From: a candidate division WOR-3 bacterium
Lineage (GTDB): Bacteria > Hydrothermota > Hydrothermia > JBDRYB01
Length of the DNA stretch: 49,401 nt
Assembly (NCBI GenBank): GCA_039803205.1
Contig: JBDRYB010000012.1
Coordinates: 1 to 49,401 of the forward strand
Direction of reading: 5' to 3'
Part shown: piece after piece, positions 40,129 to 49,274 of the stretch
Layout: every line of letters begins with the position of its first letter
How positions within the stretch are numbered: the first letter of the stretch is position 1
Notes under the pieces: generated by a model
What the model was told of the DNA's origin: nothing
Seen by the model: only the letters and a program-made list of their open reading frames with translations
Databases searched by the model: none
Program-made: the position numbers and the translations under genes

Positions 40129-41013
40129 ATGGAAGAAAAAAGAGAAAGGCTCCACTTTGTTTCATTAGGGACAAGCATCCTTAGCAACCTGAAGAACCTC
40201 AGGAAAGAGGAGTTTGAGGATATGCCTGGGCCTGGACCTGCACTTGAGGACTGGCTCAAAGAGAGGAGAAACGACAAGGAATTCTATGAAAAGGCCTACA
40301 AGGCCCTGGCTGAGGAACCTTATCGGTTCAGCGCTGAGCTGAACGGCATGAGGGATTTTCTGGACAAGGGTGAAGTTGACCAGGTTTATCTGATTGCCAC
40401 AGACACGGAGGCCGGCAGATTTTGCTACAAGCTTCTGTTTAGATTCTTCAGGGAACGCGAAATTGAGGTTATGAGCGCCGGACCGCTTCTCGGATATTAC
40501 AAGGCCGATAAAGCCCTTGGCAAGAAATTGGGCCCAGAAGCCGCTTCAGGCATATTTGCTGATGACCTGCACTTGCTTTTTAATAACCTGATGGAACTTC
40601 TCCGAAAACACAAACAAGAGCAGGGCAAGGATGTTCTCATAAACGCTACCGGAGGCTTCAAACCAGAAATGGCGATTCTCTCCCTTGCCGGCAACCTCTT
40701 TTTGGTCCCCGTTTATTATGTTCACGAAACCTTCAAAAAAGTCGTCTTCCTTCCTCCACTTATTCCCCCGGCTCTTTTCCCGGAGGAGCTGGAGGTCCTG
40801 GAACAAATCTACAGCAAGCCGGACAGAAGGATCGTGGGCAAAGAGTGGGAGGTCCTATACACCGAGAAAAAGGCTGTTGTGGACAGCCTTGCAGACTTCA
40901 GGGTACTGGAAATACTCTTTCATCACGAGACCGATATAGAATATGGAGCTGAGCTGACCCCTCAGGGGATTTTCTGGGTGGAGATCCAGAAGAAAACAGA
41001 GGAGTTAGAATGA
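40129..41013 (+). CDS. APE2256/SSO1393-like CARF protein (putative Crn1-type ring nuclease) with C-terminal wHTH
   Basis: SLGTSILSN, SAELNG, LIATDTEAG, INATGGFKPE, YYVHE motifs; start reassigned to 40129 from promoter and SD. Confidence 0.8.
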   Translation: MEEKRERLHFVSLGTSILSNLKNLRKEEFEDMPGPGPALEDWLKERRNDKEFYEKAYKALAEEPYRFSAELNGMRDFLDKGEVDQVYLIATDTEAGRFCYKLLFRFFREREIEVMSAGPLLGYYKADKALGKKLGPEAASGIFADDLHLLFNNLMELLRKHKQEQGKDVLINATGGFKPEMAILSLAGNLFLVPVYYVHETFKKVVFLPPLIPPALFPEELEVLEQIYSKPDRRIVGKEWEVLYTEKKAVVDSLADFRVLEILFHHETDIEYGAELTPQGIFWVEIQKKTEELE

Positions 41014-42245
41014 AAAAAAGGATTCTCATTTCCACGGTGGGTGTAGGAAAAACCATAGTTGACGGCATAGCCACAAGCGTGAATTCTCAGAACCCAGACG
41101 AGGTGATCTTTCTTTGCACACAAGAAAGCGAGGCTCAGCACAGAAATGAGATTGAACAAAGGATAACCATCAAAAAAGAATTTTTTACTCTCAGCAGCCC
41201 CTCTGATGCTGACCGTCTTGTCCTTGAGTGCGCGAGGATAATAGCGGATAAACAGGGGCAAGGAGAAGTGCTTGTTGATTTCACAACTGGCACGAAGGCC
41301 ATGTCCGCGGCCCTATACGCAGCCGCGCTGGCCCTTGATATTGAAACCACTAGCTATGTTGAGGGGGAAAGGGATGAGGGGGGCATAGTCATATCTAAAA
41401 CAGAAAGGGTAAAAACACTCATGAATACGATACCCTCAGCGATCCTATCGTCTAAGCGGGCAATTGAGCTTTACAACTCCTGTTTTTACGGAAGCGCCCT
41501 GGAAATCGCGAGGGAGATAAGGGATAGAATAGGAAAGCTGAAGGACATGAGTGCTAAGGCCGAGGCCCTTTATCTGATCTGCGAGCTGTCTTACAGATGG
41601 GACAGCTTTGAGTTCGCTGAGGCCGCGAAAACCCTAAATATACACGATAAATCGGTTCTCAGTGCCATGGGAGAAATGCTCGGCTGTGCACCAGATGTTA
41701 TCCAAGATAATATCCCCCGACTGATAGAATATCTGGAAAAATTAACCGAATCCCTGAATCCCTCTTTGGCCTGGGAGCTTCTGCGCAACGCTGAGAGAAG
41801 AGCAAAAACTGGCAGGTTTGATGATGCCGTGGGAAGGCTTTACAGGGCAATAGAGTATATAGGACAGTTGAAACTACACGATCTAGGGCTTTTTGACGGA
41901 GAAAATTTCAAGCTTGATAAAAGTGCATCCCTGCCAGAAGACCTGAATGAAAAGCTTGAAAAGGGTCTTCCCCTTGGCCTTAAGGATGTATTCAGATACC
42001 TTTGGCACCTTAAAAAGAACGATGATTCGTTAGCCAATGGGGTTATAGAGAACGATGAGCTTACTACCGAATTCCAGGTAGCCCTTGCCGCTCGCAACAA
42101 ATCTATCCTAGCCCACGGATTTTCGCCGGTAGGTAAAGAGAACTACGAAAAGATCCGGAAGTTAGCTGAGGACCTTATCAAACGAGCGGGCATCAAAGAG
42201 CCTGATTTTAATATCCTCAATATAAAAGTGAGAACGCTACTTTGA
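41010..42245 (+). CDS. TIGR02710-like CARF-HEPN protein (Csm6-like putative cOA-activated RNase)
   Basis: ISTVG, VDFTTGTKAMSAAL CARF motifs; GRFDDAVGRLYRAIE; HEPN motif RNKSILAH. Confidence 0.82.
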   Translation: MKKRILISTVGVGKTIVDGIATSVNSQNPDEVIFLCTQESEAQHRNEIEQRITIKKEFFTLSSPSDADRLVLECARIIADKQGQGEVLVDFTTGTKAMSAALYAAALALDIETTSYVEGERDEGGIVISKTERVKTLMNTIPSAILSSKRAIELYNSCFYGSALEIAREIRDRIGKLKDMSAKAEALYLICELSYRWDSFEFAEAAKTLNIHDKSVLSAMGEMLGCAPDVIQDNIPRLIEYLEKLTESLNPSLAWELLRNAERRAKTGRFDDAVGRLYRAIEYIGQLKLHDLGLFDGENFKLDKSASLPEDLNEKLEKGLPLGLKDVFRYLWHLKKNDDSLANGVIENDELTTEFQVALAARNKSILAHGFSPVGKENYEKIRKLAEDLIKRAGIKEPDFNILNIKVRTLL

Positions 42246-43426
42246 AGAGGATCATGTTTTCGCTTATAGGGGAGCAAACTGCACCCAACTTGTTTTTGCA
42301 CTTGCACTTTGAGCCTGATATTCACTGCTTGCTTTACAGTAAAAAAACGGGACGACAAAAGGAGAACCTCACTAAGGCTGTAGGGATGTGGGCTGAAGAA
42401 ATGCGGAAGAATAAGCCTGATATACAGGGTGTCCTGCTTGAACATGAGAACAATTGGGGGTATGTCAGGGATGTGGTTACTAAAAATATGAGAAAACTTG
42501 CTTGTGATTCGAAGGTCATCCTGAACTTGACTTCAGGAACCAAGCCAATGAATATCGGAATGTGGGAAGCCAAGAAAACAATACCCAGAACAACCGTGGT
42601 ATATTTGGACGGAACCCAGGTTAGATACATGGATGCCACATCAAAAACCGAGCCTTTGAGACAGGAACCTTCAATAAGGGTTTTTGTTAGGGGCTACGGA
42701 TATGAAGTCAAAGAGACTACTCCGGATTCCTCTGAACTGCGTCTTCTGGTTAGAACTTCTGAAGTTTTGGCTACGGAACCTCGTGTGAGGAAATGGCTTT
42801 ATGATATAAAGAAACCCAACACTGATAGGGTGATTACGCAAAGACTTTTGCCCGAGGATCTGGTTCAAGACCTAATCAAGGCTGGTTTTGTTTTAGAAAA
42901 GGACGGCGGGATAAGCATTTGCAGGGAGGATGTCTTCAGAGAAAAGGGCCTTAAAACCTTGGAGAATTTCTGGACTGGGGACTGGCTCAGTCTTTTTCTC
43001 TGGAAATTAATCAAGGAGAAATTAGGGAATAGGGAGGTTCTAGTAGGAACAAAGCTGGTAGATGTCAGTGGAAAACAGGGCACAAATGAAGTTGATGTTA
43101 TGTTCTTCAAGGATTGGAAGCTATATTGCGTGGAATGCAAGGTGAGCAAACAAATTGGTAAGAACGAGCCATTCTACAAGATCAAGCAGGTCACGAAGGA
43201 TCTGGGCGGAATATTTGCGGTTCCGGTTTTGGTAACAATAAGAATGGTTCAAAAGGCATATTACGACGACACAGTTAAACATGTAGTGCTAAAGGAAGAT
43301 GTAACCAGCTTTATGAAGGAAATAGAAAAGATTCTCAACGAAGATGAAGGGGCTCAGAATAAGGCCCCCGCTTCTGACTCAACTTTGACACTAAAACCCC
43401 GATCTTTGGGTGACTTATCCTTGTAA
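42242..43426 (+). CDS. DUF1887/Card1/Can2-like CARF + PD-(D/E)XK nuclease
   Basis: SLIGEQTAPN, LNLTSGTKPM CARF motifs; NEVDV...VECK nuclease motif; LGG.FA. Confidence 0.8.
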   Translation: MKRIMFSLIGEQTAPNLFLHLHFEPDIHCLLYSKKTGRQKENLTKAVGMWAEEMRKNKPDIQGVLLEHENNWGYVRDVVTKNMRKLACDSKVILNLTSGTKPMNIGMWEAKKTIPRTTVVYLDGTQVRYMDATSKTEPLRQEPSIRVFVRGYGYEVKETTPDSSELRLLVRTSEVLATEPRVRKWLYDIKKPNTDRVITQRLLPEDLVQDLIKAGFVLEKDGGISICREDVFREKGLKTLENFWTGDWLSLFLWKLIKEKLGNREVLVGTKLVDVSGKQGTNEVDVMFFKDWKLYCVECKVSKQIGKNEPFYKIKQVTKDLGGIFAVPVLVTIRMVQKAYYDDTVKHVVLKEDVTSFMKEIEKILNEDEGAQNKAPASDSTLTLKPRSLGDLSL

Positions 43427-43769
43427 AATCAGGGTTTGGTTTCTGAGGAAGGCTAATTTGGTCAAAAAGAAACCTCTAAAAAGCCCCTTTTCCGTAAAAC
43501 AGGCCCACAAGGGGAATAGCGGAAGCCTAGGGGTTGGCTTATCAGGGGTCTCACTCTAATATTTTTCATGCGGATAGCGCTCTTTTTCTCTATGGCCTGA
43601 TTGCCCTCGCGCAGTGGAACTCCCCTGGCCTCGGGGTTTGCCAGGGTTCTAGCCAGCTAGACCCGTATAACACCGTAAGCCCGGAGTATCTGCCGGGTTG
43701 GCGCCCGGAGTTCTCTCGTTGCTTCTGATAAACTGCCCCGGCGCGTGCTCTCGGATTATAATTCCGGCC

Positions 43770-46001
43770 ATGGCAAGCGTAAGAGGATTTATAGAGAGGC
43801 TAGAGACCCAGAGATACGGCCTTGGCGCTGGTTTCCTCACATTCACCGGAATCGCGGTTCTGAGGGCTGTTCTTGAGGGGGCGCTTGAGAACGCGAGGCT
43901 TTTGACTGTCCAGAGCTCTGAGTGGCAATCCCTCCTCTTTATTTTCGTTCACCTCTACATGTTCTTCGCCGCATCGTATCTCGGCATAACGGTTTTTCTC
44001 TCGGTTTTCTCAAAAGAGCGTCCCGAGCGCGTCGCGAGGGCCGTCCTCTCGTTTTTCTGGATAATACTTTTGCCTCCCCTCATAGACGCCCTTTTCTTTG
44101 GCGGAGGCATGAAGCTCACATACCTCCCTGAGGTTGGAGAGGTATGGGAAACCGCCCTCGCGTATTTTAACCCAGCGAGCTCCATACGCATAACTCCCGG
44201 AATGAGGGTTGAGACGGGGCTGGTGCTTCTGGGCTCAATAACCTACATAGCGATAAAGAGGCGCAACATCTTTTGGGCAATGCTCGGAGCCATCGTTATA
44301 TACGCTTATATGCTCTTCATCCTCGGCAGTTTCCCAGCTTTCATAGCCTGGGCCTGGCACACGGATTTCAAGGCGATATTCAAGACAGGAGGGTTTCTCC
44401 TTCTTGACACCCAAAAATACGGATTGGTCAACCTTTTTATCGCAACGGTGATGGCTGGGGTCATTGCTGGTGTTTGGAAGCCGCAGTTTCTAAAGGCCCT
44501 CTTCACCCAAACGAGGCCGAAGAAGATCCCCTTCTATCTGGTTATGGCTCTGGTCGGGTTCGGGGTGGGCAATACGATGCTCGGCTACGCCTATCCGAAC
44601 CTCTGGAAGAATCCCTTTGATTGGCTTGCGGCTTTCGGAATGCTCCTTGCTGTCCTCCTGGCATACTGGTCAGCAACCCTGATGAACGATGCGATTGATC
44701 TCCCTCTTGATACCGAAAACAAAAAGAGGACATCCATAACGAGCGGAGCCCTTACAGAGAAAGAAGCAAAGGCCCTTTCGGCGGCCTTGGGATTGATGGG
44801 CGGCTTCTGGGCAATAACCCTCGGTTGGCCATCATTTCTGTTATACTCTGTCATGCTCTTTCTCGGGTTCGCGTATTCGGCTCCTCCGCTCAGGCTAAAG
44901 TCCATACCTATAATCTCCACCTTTACGCTCGCTTCCTGCTCCCTATTTGCCTGCTATCTGGGGTTTAGCCTTTTCGCGAAGGAGAAAGCGATAACTGCTT
45001 TCCCGGGCGAGCTGGTGGGGGCTTTTCTTCTGGGGATTACCCTCTCCTTCACCCTCAAGGATAAGACGGATATTGAAGGGGACAGGAAGGGCAACATAAG
45101 AACCCTTTTCGTCATCTTTGGTCCCAAATCTGGCTCCTGGATAACATCCATCCTTTCCGCACTATCCTTCATAGCCATGCCTCTTGTGCTTGGTGTCCCG
45201 GTTGCGCTATCCGTGGCGGTTCCTGCCGCGGCTCTCCTCTTCCTCCTCGGAATGAGAAAACGCTACTCCGAGGGACTCATGTGGCTTCTTACATTGGCCT
45301 ACGCTGTCGGGGTCGGGTGGTTCTATTATCCAAGGCTAAAGGTCCGGTCTCCATCGGGGGAGATGCTCTCTTTCGGGGAACTCATGCAGGCAGAGCAGTA
45401 TTACCGGCAGAACAAATATGAGCTCTCCCTGAATCACTACGCGAGGGCGATTGATGGATCGGATGATCCCATGGACTACACGAGGGCCGCGAAGTCCGCT
45501 GGGGAAATGAGAAACTTTGAGCTCGCCGAGGCCCTTCACAAGAGGTGTCTAGAACGCTTTCCGACATATACCCAGGGACACATCCTGTATATGCGCCTTC
45601 TCTTTAGCCTCGGCAAGCCGGATGAGATGCTCTCTGTGGCGAAAAGGGCGCTTGAGCTCGGCTGTTATAGCTCTGAGCTGGTAAAGTTCATCGGCCTCGC
45701 GAGGCTCTCTAGGGGAGAGACGGACAAGGCGCTTTCGGCCTTTCTCGTCTCCGCTCAGGGAGGCTCACACGAGGGGCTTTTTCTGGCCTATCTGACAGCG
45801 AGGCACATGGGGAAGCCCTCCCTGCACCTCAGGGACAGGGCAATGAGGCTCAGGGCTGATCCGGACGAGTCATTTCCCTATTTCGCTTACTGGCTTTACA
45901 AAAGAGGGGAGATTGAAAAGGCTAAGTCAGTCAATCAGGAACTCCTCTCTTTGAACCCTACAAGCGAGATAGGCCTTGCTTTCCAGAAGATAATCAGATG
46001 A
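43770..46001 (+). CDS. Membrane protein: N-terminal TM domain + UbiA-family prenyltransferase + TPR repeats
   Basis: NDAIDLPLD, YSAPPLRLK, KDKTDIEGD..GNIRTL motifs; helical TPR-like C-terminus; start placed at ATG 43770, 7 nt after TATAAT. Confidence 0.8.
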   Translation: MASVRGFIERLETQRYGLGAGFLTFTGIAVLRAVLEGALENARLLTVQSSEWQSLLFIFVHLYMFFAASYLGITVFLSVFSKERPERVARAVLSFFWIILLPPLIDALFFGGGMKLTYLPEVGEVWETALAYFNPASSIRITPGMRVETGLVLLGSITYIAIKRRNIFWAMLGAIVIYAYMLFILGSFPAFIAWAWHTDFKAIFKTGGFLLLDTQKYGLVNLFIATVMAGVIAGVWKPQFLKALFTQTRPKKIPFYLVMALVGFGVGNTMLGYAYPNLWKNPFDWLAAFGMLLAVLLAYWSATLMNDAIDLPLDTENKKRTSITSGALTEKEAKALSAALGLMGGFWAITLGWPSFLLYSVMLFLGFAYSAPPLRLKSIPIISTFTLASCSLFACYLGFSLFAKEKAITAFPGELVGAFLLGITLSFTLKDKTDIEGDRKGNIRTLFVIFGPKSGSWITSILSALSFIAMPLVLGVPVALSVAVPAAALLFLLGMRKRYSEGLMWLLTLAYAVGVGWFYYPRLKVRSPSGEMLSFGELMQAEQYYRQNKYELSLNHYARAIDGSDDPMDYTRAAKSAGEMRNFELAEALHKRCLERFPTYTQGHILYMRLLFSLGKPDEMLSVAKRALELGCYSSELVKFIGLARLSRGETDKALSAFLVSAQGGSHEGLFLAYLTARHMGKPSLHLRDRAMRLRADPDESFPYFAYWLYKRGEIEKAKSVNQELLSLNPTSEIGLAFQKIIR

Positions 46002-46873
46002 TAAGGGTTGAACGGGGGATCTCGCGCGAATATGAGGATCTGTTTCGCTCCGACCCCGGAGCGACCGCCTTTCACCATCCGGATTTCCTCAGGGCATATG
46101 AGGCAATATTTGGGGGGAGATTTGAGGTGTGGTGGCTGGATGATGACTGCGCCTGCCCTTTTGTGATCAACGAGAAGGGGCCTTACAGGAGCGCCAGCTC
46201 CGCCGGATACGGGTGCTACGGTGGCCCCATAGGGAACCCGGAGAGGTTCTCTGAATTTCTCAGGCTGGCACGCGCGAGGGGATTCTCGCGGCTTGAGGTC
46301 GTTGATTTCAGAAACCGATTGCCCGTGGATGGTTTCAGGGTTGCAGAGCGCACTGCCCACATAATTGAGCTCCCGGAAAACCCCGATGAAGTCACCAGAT
46401 TATACTCCAACTCAAGGCGCAGGAACCTCAGGAAGGCTCTCAGGGTTGAAAGAAGCGCTGACCCAAGTGAGTTTTACGAGCTCCACAGTGAGACATTCCG
46501 CTCCCTCAGGACATGGGTTACCCCTGAGGAGGGCATAACTGCACTTTTTGGCTCTGAGATAGCCAGGTTTTACAGCGCTTACAAGGAGAGAGAGCTCGCC
46601 GGCGTCCTCCTCGTCCTATCGTGGGGCCAGGAAGCGATGTGGTGGATAAGCGGTCGGAAGCCTTGGGGAGAAGGGGTTATGACCCACCTCCTTCACGCGG
46701 CTATTCTGGACGCGATAGCCGAAGGAAGGAGATCATTCAATCTCGGCGGAACGGATGCCCCCGGCCCAGCCAGGTTCAAGGAATCCATGGGCGCGAGACC
46801 CTATTCTTATCGCTCGCTCGTCAGCGAAAGAGGGGTCTTTGGGCTTCTGAGAAGAATAAGGAGAAACCCTTGA
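45998..46873 (+). CDS. GNAT-family (FemAB/CelD-BcsL-like) acyltransferase
   Basis: ATAFHHP.F, YGGP, RRRNLRKA, FNLGG...G.ARFKESMGA. Confidence 0.82.
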   Translation: MIRVERGISREYEDLFRSDPGATAFHHPDFLRAYEAIFGGRFEVWWLDDDCACPFVINEKGPYRSASSAGYGCYGGPIGNPERFSEFLRLARARGFSRLEVVDFRNRLPVDGFRVAERTAHIIELPENPDEVTRLYSNSRRRNLRKALRVERSADPSEFYELHSETFRSLRTWVTPEEGITALFGSEIARFYSAYKERELAGVLLVLSWGQEAMWWISGRKPWGEGVMTHLLHAAILDAIAEGRRSFNLGGTDAPGPARFKESMGARPYSYRSLVSERGVFGLLRRIRRNP

Positions 46874-47916
46874 AGGTCTTTCTCATCTCGCCTTGGGATG
46901 AGGCGGATCCGGAAACCGTCCGGGGCGCGCCGGACCAGGCCTATCTCGTCCGGGGGATGCTTGAGAAGGCCTGGGAGGTCAAGAGGATCGCCCCCGTTGA
47001 ATTCCGAATCCCTCAGCTCCTCAGGCTCGCGTTTTTCCCCATAGAAATAGCCCTCAACACGATCGTCATCCCGCTCAAAGTTATCAGATGGGGAAAGCCT
47101 CATCTGGTTCTCTGTCTTGATGGCAAGCTCGCCCTCGGCGCTCTTTTGGTCTCCGGATTAACGAGAGCAAAGCTCGCCAAGTTTCAGCACGGAATAAAGG
47201 ATTACCTGACCAGGGGAAACAGGCTCCTCGGATTCTTGGTGAATCCGGATGTCCCTTTGAACTATTGGACGCCCGGACTCCTTTTCGCGGTTGAGGACGG
47301 ATCGGGCGCTTGGGTCGTGGGCCCAAAGAGGGTCAACCCCGTTAGATTGCCGCAGGCAAGGCCATCAGAGGCTCCCGACATCAGAAAGGATAAGCGCTTC
47401 GCCTTCTGTGGTAGGCTCCACAGGATAAAGGGAGCGGAGCGGTTTCTCAGGGTCGCTCGGATGATTCGGGAAAGCATCCCCTCAGCCAAGTGCCTGGTCA
47501 TAGGAGAAGGCCCTCTTTCGGAGGACTTCAAAAAAGAGCCGTGGATTGAGATTCTTGGGGATCTGCCTCACCGGGAGGCCGTGAGATGGATAGCCACTGC
47601 AAGGGTTCTCTGCGCTGTTGCCCCTTATGGGAATTTCACCCTCCCTGTTCTTGAGGCCATGTCCGCAGGGACCGTTCCAGTTGCTTTTGATGTTGGGTGG
47701 ACCAGGGATATGATCGGCCCTGGTGGCGTTCTGGTCCCTCTGTTTGATGAGAAAGCCATGGCAGAGGAGGTTATAAGGCTACTTGAGGATGATGATGTTT
47801 TTTGGGAAAAGAGCAGGCTAGCGCGAGAGCGAGCGAGGGATTTCCCCACTTGGGAGGAGAGAACGGATGAAATATTGAAAAGGCTGGAGGCGTTGTGCTC
47901 AAAAGGCTCATTCTAG
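46870..47916 (+). CDS. Glycosyltransferase family 4
   Basis: GRL..IKG, IGEGP, F.LPVLEAMSAG.VPVA.DVG; TTG start overlapping the upstream stop. Confidence 0.88.
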   Translation: MKVFLISPWDEADPETVRGAPDQAYLVRGMLEKAWEVKRIAPVEFRIPQLLRLAFFPIEIALNTIVIPLKVIRWGKPHLVLCLDGKLALGALLVSGLTRAKLAKFQHGIKDYLTRGNRLLGFLVNPDVPLNYWTPGLLFAVEDGSGAWVVGPKRVNPVRLPQARPSEAPDIRKDKRFAFCGRLHRIKGAERFLRVARMIRESIPSAKCLVIGEGPLSEDFKKEPWIEILGDLPHREAVRWIATARVLCAVAPYGNFTLPVLEAMSAGTVPVAFDVGWTRDMIGPGGVLVPLFDEKAMAEEVIRLLEDDDVFWEKSRLARERARDFPTWEERTDEILKRLEALCSKGSF

Positions 47917-49247
47917 GCTCATCCATGCTTTATTTGGGCTATGGCATTACCCTCGTAGCCGGATTCGCACAGCTGAAGGTTCTCTCCTTGAGGCTATCGG
48001 TAATTGATCTCGGGATATATTTCGCCCTGCAGAGCGCGGTGGCGCTGGTTGGAGAGCTTGCCAAGGCTGGATTCCCACTTGTGTTCGCGCACTATGTCCC
48101 CCGTTTCCAGGCAGAGGGCCGTGACCCAAGGCCCCTTGCCTTCTGGTCCTTGCTTGGGCATTTGGTTATAGGCTTAATCTTTGGCACCATATCGCTCATA
48201 CTCGCCCTTGTCCTTCCAAACGAATTCACGAAGAATCTCCCGTTTGCCACCCTGTTTTTCTATGCGATGACCCATTATTCCTTGGCCTCATCCTTCATCC
48301 TCTCTGCGAGGAGGCCAGGGCTTTACTCCCTTCTGAACTCATCCGGAGCGGTTGGATACGCGTGCCTGCTTCTGGTGTTTTACGCGCCCTTGAACCTTCG
48401 GTATGCCCTATTGTCCGGCGCGGCTTCATACCTCCTTCTCTCATGTATTGCCTGGCTCATACTGAGGCCCGTCCCCGGAAGGTTTTCCCAGCTCAGGGAG
48501 ATAACGGGCTACTGGAAATACGCCATAATGACAACCGCTCTGGGCCCAATATTCACCTATGCGGACAGGCTGATAGCCGCTGCGTTTCTCTCATACGAAG
48601 CAGTTGCTATCTTTGGGGTGGCCAGGAAGATAGAGACCATAGGCAGGAACATCCTCGGAACCCCTCTTGACCTTCTGGCACCCGAATCATCCTACAACTG
48701 GCTCACGAGGGACAGGGGGGAGATCCTTGGAGAGATGAGGCGTTTCACGAGGTTTTACTTTCTCTGGGGACTGGCAGTGGTCGCCCTGATCCCTTTGCTC
48801 GGAAAGCCAGCTATATTGCTGGTCTCCTCATCCCAATACCTCCCAGCCCTCCCTTATCTCCTCGTTCTCTGGACTGGCGCTACCCTCGGAACCCTCTACT
48901 ATCCATACACGACACTCGCTAGAGGCGTTGGGAACATGAGGATATTCTTCCTCTCTGACCTCATGTGGACAGGGACATATCTCGCAATTGCCTTATCGCT
49001 CACGGGGTTCCTCGGACTTTGGGCGCTTGCCGTTGCTCCGCTCTTTGCCTCGTTCTTCACTTTGATCTTTGCCAGAACCTTGATATTCACCTATCTGGGC
49101 GAGAATAAGAGGGAATTCTGGGCCGAAGGCATAGCCTTCATCCTCGCCTCTGGGCTTGCAATTGCTGGCCTCATCAACCCCTGGTGGGCCGCGGGGGCCA
49201 TAGCCGTGACAGTCTCATACGGGGCATGGGCCGCCCTCAGAAAGTAA
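47895..49247 (+). CDS. Oligosaccharide flippase (Wzx/MOP family)
   Basis: Many TM helices; L...D.GIY, YADRL.......AV.IF..A motifs; glycan-locus context. Confidence 0.85.
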   Translation: MLKRLILGSSMLYLGYGITLVAGFAQLKVLSLRLSVIDLGIYFALQSAVALVGELAKAGFPLVFAHYVPRFQAEGRDPRPLAFWSLLGHLVIGLIFGTISLILALVLPNEFTKNLPFATLFFYAMTHYSLASSFILSARRPGLYSLLNSSGAVGYACLLLVFYAPLNLRYALLSGAASYLLLSCIAWLILRPVPGRFSQLREITGYWKYAIMTTALGPIFTYADRLIAAAFLSYEAVAIFGVARKIETIGRNILGTPLDLLAPESSYNWLTRDRGEILGEMRRFTRFYFLWGLAVVALIPLLGKPAILLVSSSQYLPALPYLLVLWTGATLGTLYYPYTTLARGVGNMRIFFLSDLMWTGTYLAIALSLTGFLGLWALAVAPLFASFFTLIFARTLIFTYLGENKREFWAEGIAFILASGLAIAGLINPWWAAGAIAVTVSYGAWAALRK

Positions 49248-49274
49248 TTGAGGCTTTGAGAACCCAAATCCGTT

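Noticed and set aside
39571..43770. CRISPR array near the CARF genes (e.g. CCCATTGGAAAC at 39644-39655 resembles a repeat 3' end)
   Set aside because: Occurs once; no regularly spaced direct repeats were found by eye.
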